This document shows positions 9,675 through 18,995 of a stretch of 64,000 nt of DNA, piece by piece. The stretch lies in contig CAVYNY010000001.1 in the NCBI GenBank assembly GCA_963769935.1, positions 32,001 through 96,000 on the forward strand. The letters run 5' to 3'. Made by a program: the position numbers and the translations under genes. Numbering within the stretch: position 1 is the first letter of the stretch; each line of letters starts with the position of its first letter. The notes under the pieces were generated by a model. It saw nothing but the letters and a program-made list of their open reading frames with translations. It had not been told where the DNA came from and ran no database searches. This stretch comes from an uncultured delta proteobacterium. Lineage in GTDB: Bacteria > Desulfobacterota > Desulfobacteria > Desulfobacterales > JAFDCJ01.

Positions 9675-11111
9675 ATGAAACAGACATTCAGGTTCACAAG
9701 GTACATTTTGGTAGTTATGATGGTCGGGCTTATGCTGGGTGCCGGTCTTCCGGCAGTGCAGGCATCTACGAATGCGCCGGTTCGGATGGTTCCGCAAAAT
9801 TTCAGCGAGCTGGCCGAAACCGTCAGTCCCGCAGTGGTTCACATCCGGGTGGAAAAGACAGTTAAGGGCGGCGGCCCCGCAATGGGTCCATTCGGTCAAA
9901 ATCCCTTTGGCGACAATGAGCAGTTCAAAGAATTCTTCGGCCGACATTACGGTAATCAGAGCCAGCCGGAGTTTAAACAACCGGCTCAGGGCTCCGGGTT
10001 TATCATCGACAAGTCCGGCTTAATTGCCACCAACAACCACGTTGTAGAGGGCGCCGATAAGATTACGGTTATTCTAAAGAATGAATCCGAGTACGACGCC
10101 AAAGTCGTCGGACTTGATCCGGTAACCGATATCGCCCTGATAAAGATAGATCCCAAGAAGGATCTGCCCGCGGTGAAACTGGGAAGCTCCGACGACCTGA
10201 AAGTGGGCGAATGGGTGGTCGCCATCGGCGCCCCGTTCGGTTTGGAGCATACGGTAACCGCCGGTATTGTCAGCGCCAAGGGTCGCGTCATCGGCTCCGG
10301 GCCCTATGATGATTTTATCCAGACAGATGCTTCCATCAACCCGGGCAACAGCGGCGGCCCCCTGATCGATATGAAGGGTGAGGTCGTGGGCATCAACACC
10401 ATGATCATCGCCGGCGGTCAGGGAATTGGTTTTGCCATCCCCGTCGACCAGGCCAAGAGCATCATTGCCCAGCTGGAAACCAACGGCGAAGTGACCCGCG
10501 GCTGGCTCGGTGTTACCATTCAGGATGTTAATGAGAATATGGCCGACTATTACGGGCTCAAAGGTAAAAGCGGTGCCATGGTTGCCGATGTCGCCCCCGG
10601 GGATCCCGCAGACAAGGCCGGCATCAAACCCAAGGATATCATCACGGAAGTCAACGGCAAAGCGATCACCAACAGCCATGATCTGACCAACCTGGCTGCC
10701 AATCTACAGGTCGGCGAAACCGCCAACGTGACGGTTTTGCGCAATGGCAAGTCGCAGACCCTGGAAGTTAAAATCGGCAAGCGGCCTTTGACCATCGCCG
10801 CTGCTTCCCAGGGTAATCGTCAGGAAAATGAAGGTCAATACGGCTTTCAGGTGACGAATTTAACACCGGAACTTGCCCGTCGGTATGACATTCAGGACAA
10901 CGCGGGGATCATGGTGGTCGGCGTGGCACCCGACAGCAAAGCCGATGCAGCCGGCGTCAAAAAAGGCGACGTCATCCTGGAGGTCAACCGGGTAAGCGTT
11001 GCATCAGTGAATGACTTCAAAAATCTGCTTGACCAGAATAAAAAGAATGACGGTATAAATTTGCTCGTCAAGCGCATGAATGCGGGCTTAATGGTGATTC
11101 ATCTGGCATAG
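9675..11111 (+). CDS. degQ: DegQ/DegP (HtrA/Do) periplasmic serine protease with two PDZ domains
   Basis: TNNHVV, DIALIK, IQTDASINPGNSGGPL triad; signal peptide; two PDZ domains; RBS ggagg upstream. Confidence 0.93.
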   Translation: MKQTFRFTRYILVVMMVGLMLGAGLPAVQASTNAPVRMVPQNFSELAETVSPAVVHIRVEKTVKGGGPAMGPFGQNPFGDNEQFKEFFGRHYGNQSQPEFKQPAQGSGFIIDKSGLIATNNHVVEGADKITVILKNESEYDAKVVGLDPVTDIALIKIDPKKDLPAVKLGSSDDLKVGEWVVAIGAPFGLEHTVTAGIVSAKGRVIGSGPYDDFIQTDASINPGNSGGPLIDMKGEVVGINTMIIAGGQGIGFAIPVDQAKSIIAQLETNGEVTRGWLGVTIQDVNENMADYYGLKGKSGAMVADVAPGDPADKAGIKPKDIITEVNGKAITNSHDLTNLAANLQVGETANVTVLRNGKSQTLEVKIGKRPLTIAAASQGNRQENEGQYGFQVTNLTPELARRYDIQDNAGIMVVGVAPDSKADAAGVKKGDVILEVNRVSVASVNDFKNLLDQNKKNDGINLLVKRMNAGLMVIHLA

Positions 11112-11295
11112 CTGCAGACAACGGATCACCTTCATCCACTGCAGCCGGAGCAATATTCATATAACGGAATTTGCTCCGGTTCAGTGAGTATGAATCCCGC
11201 GGCACGATAATTGAATTTCCGGCCTTTACAATACTGCCAAAAGAGTTATAATAGATCATTAATGCGGAATACTTTGGTCGGCGGATAACAAAAGG

Positions 11296-12033
11296 ATGCG
11301 ATTTCTCCTGTATAATATACGTTACGCAGCCGGAATTGGGAAAAAATTTCACTTTCCGGTACCGTACAGCGGCTATTTCAAACATACCAACGGTAATCTA
11401 AAAAGAATCCTGGATTTCATTAAATCGGTGAATCCGGACATTATTGGATTGATCGAGGTGGACAGCGGGTCTTTTCGATCCCAAAAAAACAACCAGGCCG
11501 AGGGAATCGCTTGGGAACTGCAGCTCGATCACATTTACCGGTCAAAATACCCTGTCAATTCCGTAGCCCAGAAACTGCCGTTGCTGAATAAACAGGGCAA
11601 TGCGATATTGACCAACCGGGAAATTGTTTCTCAAAAGTTTCATTATTTCCGCCAGGGTGTCAAACGGCTGGTGATTGAACTGGAACTGGCGGATCTATCG
11701 GTTTTTCTGGTACACCTGTCGATCAAATTCCGTCATCGTCATGACCAGCTGCAGGACCTTCACAACATCATAAAAGACATTAAAAAACCGCTCATCGTAG
11801 CGGGAGATTTCAATTCCCTGTGGGGCGATCGCGAACTGGAGTTGTTCCTGGCCGCCACAGGTTTAATAAATGCCAACACAAACGGGCAGCCTTCCCATCC
11901 CAGCCGCGCCCCGCGGCGGCAGCTGGACTACATTTTCCACAGCCCCCAAATACGGGTCACTGATTTCGAAATCCCGCAGGTTAAATTCTCCGACCATACG
12001 CCCCTGGTTTGCGAGTTTGACATCGCCGCCTAA
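11296..12033 (+). CDS. Endonuclease/exonuclease/phosphatase (EEP) family protein
   Basis: YNI, PDIIGLIEV, GNAILT, VHL, AGDFN, LDYIF and SDH motifs. Confidence 0.88.
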   Translation: MRFLLYNIRYAAGIGKKFHFPVPYSGYFKHTNGNLKRILDFIKSVNPDIIGLIEVDSGSFRSQKNNQAEGIAWELQLDHIYRSKYPVNSVAQKLPLLNKQGNAILTNREIVSQKFHYFRQGVKRLVIELELADLSVFLVHLSIKFRHRHDQLQDLHNIIKDIKKPLIVAGDFNSLWGDRELELFLAATGLINANTNGQPSHPSRAPRRQLDYIFHSPQIRVTDFEIPQVKFSDHTPLVCEFDIAA

Positions 12034-12142
12034 TTAATCCAAATTGATCCGCTCTGGAAAATATTCCATTCAAGGTTGTTGACTGTTATTTGATAACTGA
12101 AGAAATTTGCTAACTCAAAGGTCCGGCGGGTTAATCAAACAA

Positions 12143-12670
12143 AAAATTCCAAATAACAAATCCCAAATAACAAACAAATCACAATTACCAAAATTCCAAA
12201 TCCCAAACCTTTGAACCCTTATATGAAACTACATCTCACACAGAGCGCTCAGAGGTCACAGAGGTAAGGGTTGGCAGCCGCCTGCGGCGAAAGAAAAATA
12301 TTCTCCGCGGTCTCTGTGAGCTCTAACGAAGTGGGCGTGATAGTAAATCCAACTGTGTCCGAATTCCCAAAAGTTTCTTTCTCGATTAATCTGGCCGTCT
12401 TTTTGGCCAGCGGCCCGGCTCGTGTGAAACTTCATTAAATTCCATGCCATTTTTAGGATTGAGCTAATGGCGGGTGGGAGTGGTTTTTAACCACGATTAC
12501 AGATGTTGACCCGACCGAGTTGATCGCGGTTAAAAACCGCTCCCACGAGGTTCATAAACTGTTAGGAAGTTCAAAAGCGGAGTCTTTTGACTATGAGCTA
12601 TCAGCTTTGAGCTTTTTTATCTGACCCCTGAAACCTTTACCCTTTCACCTTTCACCTTTCACCTTTACCT
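12143..12670. repeat. Stack of several repeat types between convergent genes (heptamer arm, CACAGAG nonamer inverted pair, REP-like palindromes, CCTTTCA heptamer run)
   Basis: aaattccaaataacaaatcccaaataacaaac (12143-); cacagagcgctcagaggtcacagag..ctctgtgagctct (12238-12324); ctggccgtctttttggccag (12391-12410); (cctttca)n at 12635-12670. Confidence 0.75.
12474..12546. repeat. Inverted REP doublet (REPIN-like), GTGGGAG-headed
   Basis: GTGGGAGTGGTTTTTAACCACGAT (12474-12497) and ATCGCGGTTAAAAACCGCTCCCAC (12523-12546) are reverse complements at 22/24 positions; each unit is itself a hairpin. Confidence 0.75.
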
Positions 12671-13308
12671 TAACCTTCGTATACAACGGCCAGAATGGTT
12701 GCCCGGCCGCTCTTGGCCGCAATATGATGGGGTATGGTAGACAGGTAGTAGGCGCTGTCCCCCGGTTCCAGTTGGAATTTATCGTCACCGATTTCCAGCG
12801 CAACCTCACCGTCCAGCACGAAAATGAATTCCTCGCCTTCATGCACCGAAATCTCCTTTTCAGGGTCCTCCTCAAGCCTGACGATCAAGGCCTCCATATG
12901 ACGGCCCTTAACATCAGGGGCCAGGCTTTTGTAAGTGTAAACCTGTTTTTGACCTTTCCTGGATGTCGATCGGGAAACAGTCCGGCGCTCATTCTTTCTG
13001 GTGATCGAATAGAGCTTGTCGCCGATGCCTGAGACCAATCTGCCGAAAGCACTGTCCAGGGCCTTGGATAATTTGATCACGGTACCCAGTTGGGGCTGCG
13101 CTTCATTTTTTTCAAGACTCGCTAAAAAGCCCACCTCAAATCCGGTCAAGCGGGATAATTCTTCCAGGGAAAGCCCCTTTTCCTCCCTTATTTTGCGAAT
13201 GCGCACACCGATGTCTTCCATGCCTCTGCGGGGCTCGGCCGGTATCTCGCCGGTTAAATCCTCAAAAAAATCAAAGTGAACAAAAGTTCTGCGACTTTTT
13301 TCTTCCAT
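12670..13308 (-). CDS. XRE-family HTH transcriptional regulator with C-terminal cupin domain
   Basis: IGVRIRKIREEKGLSLEELSRLTG HTH; cupin HEGEEFIFVLDG..LEPGDSAYYLSTIPH. Confidence 0.92.
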   Translation of the reverse strand: MEEKSRRTFVHFDFFEDLTGEIPAEPRRGMEDIGVRIRKIREEKGLSLEELSRLTGFEVGFLASLEKNEAQPQLGTVIKLSKALDSAFGRLVSGIGDKLYSITRKNERRTVSRSTSRKGQKQVYTYKSLAPDVKGRHMEALIVRLEEDPEKEISVHEGEEFIFVLDGEVALEIGDDKFQLEPGDSAYYLSTIPHHIAAKSGRATILAVVYEG

Positions 13309-13436
13309 ATTAATTCCCCTTCATTTAGTCTTCTTTATCTGTGATGAAAGTCTTGGCCTCTATGATGGATGAAATATGATAAGGGCGCTTATGTTTTGGG
13401 ATTGTCAACCGACAACAATCAATGTCCCGTTATTTT

Positions 13437-14594
13437 TTATGAACACTTGGCGCCGATATGCCTGGCGATAACTATGCGCTGAACCTCGGAGGTCCCCTCA
13501 CCGATGTCCAGCAATTTCTGGTCTCTGTAGAATCGCTCCACGTCGTACTCTTTCATCAAGCCGTACCCGCCGTGCAGCTGGACGGCGTGGTTCGCACATC
13601 GATACATGACTTCCGAGCAATACAGTTTGGCCATGGCCGCTTCCTTGGAAAACGGCCGTTCGTTGTCCCTCAGCCAGCAGGCCTTATACAGCAGCAGACG
13701 GGCACATTCGATTTCCATCGCCATGTCGGCCAGCTTAAAGGCATTGGCCTGGAAAGTGGCGATGGGTCGGCCGAACTGCTCCCGTTCGTTGCTGTATCGA
13801 ATCGCCATGTCAAAGCATCCCTGGGCGCCTCCCAGTCCCATGGCCCCGATGGACAGACGCCCGCCGTCCAGGGTCTGCATCATCTGGTGAAATCCGTGGC
13901 CGCGCGGGCCTAATAGATTTTCCTTGGGCACCCGGCAATCCTCAAAATAGAGTTCACTCGTATTGGAGCCCCGCCACATCATTTTATCGTGCATCACTTT
14001 GGGGGTATAGCCGGGCGTACCTGCTTCAACAATTATGCAGGAAAGTTCGGGCCGGCCGTCATCCCGGGCACCGGTGCGGGCCAGGACCGTCACGCCGGCG
14101 GATATGTCGGTGGAGGCATTGGTGATAAATATCTTGCTGCCGTTGATCACCCACTCATTCCCGTCCAGCACCGCTCTGGTCGCACTATTGGCGGCATCGG
14201 AACCGGCATTGGGTTCGGTCAGGCCGAAACCCCAGAGAGCTTCACCGCTGCACAGCTTCGGCAGATATTTTTTCTTTTGGGCTTCATTGCCGAAATAGTA
14301 AAGCGGACCGATGCCCAAGGAGTTTTCGGCGGCCACCGTAGCGGCATGGGAACCGTCTACCCGGGCAACCTCTTCAACGGCAATGATGTAGGACAGGTAA
14401 TCCATTCCCTGCCCACCGTATTGTTCGGAAACAAAAACACCGAAAAGGCCGAGCTCTGCCATTTTTTGCATCGTATCATAGGAAAATTCCTCTTTTTCAT
14501 CCAGCTCCCGGGCAACAGGCTTGATCTCATTTTCAGCAAAGCTGCGAACTGAATCCCGCAATATTTCATGATCGGTTGAAAGGCTAAAGTCCAT
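13437..14594 (-). CDS. Acyl-CoA dehydrogenase (butyryl-CoA dehydrogenase-like)
   Basis: FGLTEPNAGSD, INGSKIFITN, REQFGRPI, QLHGGYG, IGEGTSEVQR. Confidence 0.93.
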   Translation of the reverse strand: MDFSLSTDHEILRDSVRSFAENEIKPVARELDEKEEFSYDTMQKMAELGLFGVFVSEQYGGQGMDYLSYIIAVEEVARVDGSHAATVAAENSLGIGPLYYFGNEAQKKKYLPKLCSGEALWGFGLTEPNAGSDAANSATRAVLDGNEWVINGSKIFITNASTDISAGVTVLARTGARDDGRPELSCIIVEAGTPGYTPKVMHDKMMWRGSNTSELYFEDCRVPKENLLGPRGHGFHQMMQTLDGGRLSIGAMGLGGAQGCFDMAIRYSNEREQFGRPIATFQANAFKLADMAMEIECARLLLYKACWLRDNERPFSKEAAMAKLYCSEVMYRCANHAVQLHGGYGLMKEYDVERFYRDQKLLDIGEGTSEVQRIVIARHIGAKCS

Positions 14595-14720
14595 GCTTGC
14601 TCCTTATGCTTTGGTTTATCTAATAATATTATTTGACGAAAACAGCAGGCCTGTCGTATTAATGCGGTAATTTATAGGAAGATGCCCTGAAATTGTCAAC
14701 GTAAAACAGTGGAAAACAAA

Positions 14721-15551
14721 ATGCCCGAATTGCCTGAGGTTCAAACCATTGTCAACGATCTGATAGCGGCAGATTTGATCGGTATTCCCATAAGCAGGGC
14801 CAGGGTCTACTGGCCGGGTACCATTGCGGAACCGTCGGCGAAATTATTCTGTCAACAGATTTGCAATCGGCATTTTACCGCTATCGGGCGCCGCGGGAAA
14901 TTCCTCGTTTTTGATTTGAGCAACGACAGCTTTCTGCTGCTGCATCTGAGGATGTCCGGTCGCCTTCATCTGGTACCGGCGGACACGCCGCGGATCAAAC
15001 ATGAACATGTGGTCCTCAGCTTCAATGACGGCCGGCAATTAAGATTTCACGATACCCGCAAATTCGGACGAATACACCTGGTTGAAGATCCGCATAAAAT
15101 TTTAGACCGCCTGGGGCCGGAGCCTCTGGATAAAAGTTTTACGGTAAAGGGGCTGGCCGGGCAGCTCAAACGGCACCGGCGGCTTCTCAAACCGCTGCTG
15201 CTGGACCAGGCATTTATCGCCGGCCTGGGGAATATATACGTCGATGAAGCCCTGTGGGATGCCGGATTGCATCCCAAACGCATTGCCGTTTCCCTGTCGC
15301 TGTCCGAAATTAAAGCGCTGCACCGCGCCATTCAGAGGGTTCTCAACCGCGGTTTAAAAAATCTCGGCACAACGCTGGGAACCGGGGAGACCAATTTCTA
15401 TTCGGTGGCGCACCACCGAGGGCGCAACAAAGATGAATTGAAAGTATTTCGCCGCACGGATCTTCCCTGTCCGCGCTGTAAATCGCCCATCGAGCGCATC
15501 ATCGTCGCTCAACGAAGTACACATATATGCTCAAAATGTCAAAAAATCTAA
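14721..15551 (+). CDS. mutM: Formamidopyrimidine-DNA glycosylase (Fpg)
   Basis: MPELPEV start, RRGKFL, HLRMSG, DTRKFG, AGLGNIYVDE, C-terminal CPRC..CSKCQ zinc finger. Confidence 0.96.
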   Translation: MPELPEVQTIVNDLIAADLIGIPISRARVYWPGTIAEPSAKLFCQQICNRHFTAIGRRGKFLVFDLSNDSFLLLHLRMSGRLHLVPADTPRIKHEHVVLSFNDGRQLRFHDTRKFGRIHLVEDPHKILDRLGPEPLDKSFTVKGLAGQLKRHRRLLKPLLLDQAFIAGLGNIYVDEALWDAGLHPKRIAVSLSLSEIKALHRAIQRVLNRGLKNLGTTLGTGETNFYSVAHHRGRNKDELKVFRRTDLPCPRCKSPIERIIVAQRSTHICSKCQKI

Positions 15552-15570
15552 GATGACAGTATGATGGAAT

Positions 15571-15786
15571 AAATTCCAAATAACAAATCACAAATAACAA
15601 ACAAATTCCAATGACCTAAATTCGAAATCCCAAACAGATATCTGACAATGTACAATGAACCCAAAGTAGACAGGCTTCTCAGAAATAATGCAGACCAATC
15701 CGATGCCAAAGGAACATTTTGTCATTGGATTTTGAGATTTAGAATTTACTTGGAATTTGGTGCTTGAAATTTGGAATTTTAGAATT
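15571..15786. repeat. Complete inverted heptamer-arm element (about 215 bp)
   Basis: Left arm 15571-15637 aaattccaaataacaaatcacaaataacaaacaaattccaatgacc; right arm 15717-15786 ttttgtcattggattttgagatttagaatttacttggaatttggtgcttgaaatttggaattttagaatt; unique core of about 80 bp. Confidence 0.8.
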
Positions 15787-15848
15787 CTGTTACGCGGATC
15801 AATATTGAGGTTCGCTGAACGTTTTTTGAAATATGATTGAGGTGATCC

Positions 15849-16805
15849 ATGCCCACCGGTGCCTGTGGCATAAACTGTGACGTCTGCAAGCTGAATCTGC
15901 TGGAAACCTGTTCTTCCTGCGGTCCCGGAACCAGTCTTCAGGCAGGCAGGAAACTGGCTGCTCAGCAGCGGCTGTTGGGAAGCACCTGCCCCATCCTGGA
16001 CTGTACCCGGATGAATGAGATCGAATACTGTATGCGCGACTGCAACCAATTTCCCTGCCGCAATTTCAACACAGGCCCCTATCCCTTCAGTCAAGGATTT
16101 TTGATGATGCAGGAAAGACGATTAAAGCAAAGACCGCCGGCATTTGCCCCGGACGGATCGCGCGTCAGCGTGGCCGCCGGATTCTGGGACGAATTACAGC
16201 AAAAAGATATCACGTCTCTGTGCAATTTAACCCTTTTCGAACCATTTTCATCCCATCAGATCCTTTTTCGCTTCTTGAACGAAGACGTGCTGGTGGATAT
16301 AGAACACCGCTGCCTGAAACGCCGCACAGAACGGCAGTGGCATCATACAGCAGATCCGCTGCTTGAGCTGGCAACAGTTTTATACTTGATTAACGTAAAA
16401 GATATCTACCCCGTCGGCAGGGACATCGTTGGGATAAAGGATCTGAAGGAGGGTCATTTTTTCCAGGGTCCCCATGCCCTCAAAACCGATCCCCTGCTGA
16501 GGCGCTACGGCAAGGATGTGAAGGGCTTCCGGGAAGCGGCCGAGTACCTGGCAGGCGAATCGGTGGATATGGCCGATGCCGCCTACAGGCTGCGGCCCTT
16601 TCCGCGGGTGGGGTTGTATTTTCTGCTTTGGCAGGGGGACCAGGAATTTGCACCGCAAATGACGGTGCTGTTTGATCGATCCATTGAAGCGATCTTCGCG
16701 GCGGATGCCATCTGGGCGCTGGTTAACCGGGTAGCCACCGCACTTTTGGAAGGAGCACAGAGCAAAGCGCAAAGCGTAGAAAAAGACAGCGGCGGAGGTA
16801 GATAG
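15849..16805 (+). CDS. DUF3786-like protein with N-terminal Cys-rich (DUF3795-like) domain
   Basis: GACGINCDVC..CSSC..CPILDC..YCMRDCNQFPC, then GHFFQGPH, FPRVGLYFLLWQGDQEFAP..VLFD typical of DUF3786. Confidence 0.7.
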   Translation: MPTGACGINCDVCKLNLLETCSSCGPGTSLQAGRKLAAQQRLLGSTCPILDCTRMNEIEYCMRDCNQFPCRNFNTGPYPFSQGFLMMQERRLKQRPPAFAPDGSRVSVAAGFWDELQQKDITSLCNLTLFEPFSSHQILFRFLNEDVLVDIEHRCLKRRTERQWHHTADPLLELATVLYLINVKDIYPVGRDIVGIKDLKEGHFFQGPHALKTDPLLRRYGKDVKGFREAAEYLAGESVDMADAAYRLRPFPRVGLYFLLWQGDQEFAPQMTVLFDRSIEAIFAADAIWALVNRVATALLEGAQSKAQSVEKDSGGGR

Positions 16806-16956
16806 AATCGCGTTTCTTCGATTTTGGATTTCTGATTTCGAATTTTGGCTTAACGATCTAGCGTATCGTCAACGACTTTCAACGCGATACCCTATGCCTT
16901 TTTAACTTACACCCCGGGTTTGCCCCGTTGTTACGGATCAGGCTACTGATAGCATT

Positions 16957-18309
16957 CTAAAAATTACATATACCCGTATAATCCTCAGGTGTAATCCTCA
17001 ACAGTTCCTCTTTAACCTTGCGGGAAACATCCAGAGATTCAATAAATTCGGCGATGGCCTGCTGATCGATAACGGCATGAGTGCGGGTGAAGGCCTTCAG
17101 CGCTTCGTAAGGTTGCGGATAGTTCTCGCGACGCAAAACGGTCTGGATGGCTTCGCTCACCACCGCCCAGTTTTTTTGCAGGTCGGCCCGGATCGCACCG
17201 GCATTTAAAATCAGTTTGTTCAAACCGCGCAGCAACGATTTCAAACCGATGAGGGTGTGGGCTACCGGGACCCCGAGGTTGCGCGTTACGGTCGAATCGG
17301 TCAGGTCCCGCTGTAATCTGGAAATAGGCAGTTTGGCAGCCAGATGCTCCAGAATGGCATTGGCAATCCCCAGGTTGCCCTCCGAATTTTCGAAATCGAT
17401 GGGGTTGACTTTGTGCGGCATGGTTGACGAGCCGACCTCGCCGTTTTTGATCTCTTGCTTGAAGTAATCCAGCGAAATATAGGACCAGATATCGCGGTCC
17501 AGATCGATCAGGATGGTGTTGATCCGCTTCAGATTATCGCAAAATGCTGCCAGGTTGTCGTAGTGCTCGATCTGGGTGGTTACCCTGGAGCGGCTGAGCC
17601 CCAAGGTGGTGTTGACCAGTCGGTCGGCAAAAGCCGGCCAGTCGATATCCGGGTACGCAACATGATGGGCATTGAAGTTGCCGGTGGCACCGCCGAATTT
17701 GGCCGAGAAGGGGATGGTATTCAACTGCGCAACCTGGACGAGCAGACGTTCTACAAACACGTAAATTTCTTTGCCCAATCGGGTGGGTGAAGCCGGCTGG
17801 CCATGGGTGCGGGCCAGCATAGAGACATCCAGCCAGTCGCGGGCTTTGGCCTGCAGCACTTCAATGACTTCATTTAAAGCGGGCTGAACCACCTCCGCCC
17901 AGGCCTTTTTCAATGAAAGGGGCGTGGCGGTATTATTGATGTCCTGAGATGTCAGGCCGAAGTGGATAAATTCCTTGTAATCCTGCAATTGCAATTCATC
18001 GAATTTCTCCTTCAGGAAATACTCGACTGCTTTGACATCATGATTGGTAATTTTTTCAATGTCTTTAACCCGTCCGGCATTTTCGGGAGTAAAATCATTA
18101 TAGACAGCCCTGAGCGCCGCAAACAGGTTTTTATCGAATTTTTTCAATTGAGGCAGCGGCAGTTCGCACAGGGCGATAAAATACTCCACCTCCACCAGCA
18201 CCCGGTATTTGATCAGGGCGCCTTCGGAAAAATAATGCGCCAGCTTCCGGGTTGCCCCTCGATAGCGGCCGTCCACCGGAGAGATGGCCTCCAAGGATGT
18301 AAATTCCAT
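16957..18309 (-). CDS. purB: Adenylosuccinate lyase
   Basis: AISPVDGRY, TNHDVKAVEY, RTHGQPA, GSSTMPHKVNPIDFEN, SRLQRDLTDS. Confidence 0.97.
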   Translation of the reverse strand: MEFTSLEAISPVDGRYRGATRKLAHYFSEGALIKYRVLVEVEYFIALCELPLPQLKKFDKNLFAALRAVYNDFTPENAGRVKDIEKITNHDVKAVEYFLKEKFDELQLQDYKEFIHFGLTSQDINNTATPLSLKKAWAEVVQPALNEVIEVLQAKARDWLDVSMLARTHGQPASPTRLGKEIYVFVERLLVQVAQLNTIPFSAKFGGATGNFNAHHVAYPDIDWPAFADRLVNTTLGLSRSRVTTQIEHYDNLAAFCDNLKRINTILIDLDRDIWSYISLDYFKQEIKNGEVGSSTMPHKVNPIDFENSEGNLGIANAILEHLAAKLPISRLQRDLTDSTVTRNLGVPVAHTLIGLKSLLRGLNKLILNAGAIRADLQKNWAVVSEAIQTVLRRENYPQPYEALKAFTRTHAVIDQQAIAEFIESLDVSRKVKEELLRITPEDYTGICNF

Positions 18310-18330
18310 GATATTTACCTGTCTTTTAAA

Positions 18331-18410
18331 CCGTTGGCCCGTTGACCCGTTGATCCGTTAGCCCGTTAACCCGTTAGAACTGAAGCAAACCGGCTAACCG
18401 GCACACCGGA
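18331..18410. repeat. Octamer tandem repeat (CCGTTRRC) followed by AACCGG-type inverted units, upstream of purB
   Basis: ccgttggc ccgttgac ccgttgat ccgttagc ccgttaac ccgttag, then aaccggct aaccggca caccgga. Confidence 0.75.
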
Positions 18411-18547
18411 TAGTTGCCGGGGAGTATAGGCGAAGCCGGCCATGGTGTCAAGACGGGGAACCTCGCAACCCAGGGCATTGTCCACGGTAGCTCTAAATTC
18501 GATTCGCGGGGTTCTGCCAACGAAAATCCGCCCGAGACAGTAAAAAG

Positions 18548-18583
18548 TCCAGGCCCGGAGGTCCAGGCTTTCAATGTTGGAGT
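18548..18583 (+). repeat. Dispersed 35-bp REP-like unit (other copies at 24788-24823, 59597-59632 reverse, 59867-59901)
   Basis: tccaggcccggaggtccaggctttcaatgttggagt versus tcctggcccagaaggccaggctttcaatgctggaat. Confidence 0.65.
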
Positions 18584-18995
18584 GAATTTTTTCATCTTGC
18601 AAAATCGCCGTTAATTCTTTAGATGTTTGGCAGCCATTTTATTATTGAAAGGTATATCCTGTGCGCCTTGCAAAAGCCTTGAATTGAGAAAGGGTCCAAA
18701 TCAAGGTAATATAATTTAGACTGCATCCCGCTTTCAGCCGAATGAAAGAAGAAAATAAGACGATTGAGATCTATAGATGGGTTTGGGAAAAGCTATTTGA
18801 AAAGAGAGACCGCGAAAAGAAAAAGAAATAGCACTAACCGACCATCGAGAAACTACTTTCTCTATGTATATCTCTCAGGCGGGTGGGATATAAATTCGAT
18901 CTAATTTTTCCCGTCAACATACTACAACCAACAAACAACACACACCCTGCTCGAGCCATCAAGCTCGAGCAGGGTATTACCCAAGGAGACAAACT

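Noticed and set aside
15588..16094. ORFs running through repeat arms (also 4402-4611, 8015-8311, 18366-18602, 23566-23982, 59726-59962)
   Set aside because: Low-complexity translations of intergenic repeats or overlaps with real genes.
18742..18831. 29-codon ORF MKEENKTIEIYRWVWEKLFEKRDREKKKK
   Set aside because: No clear RBS or known motif; could arise by chance in purine-rich DNA. Needs homology or ribosome profiling.
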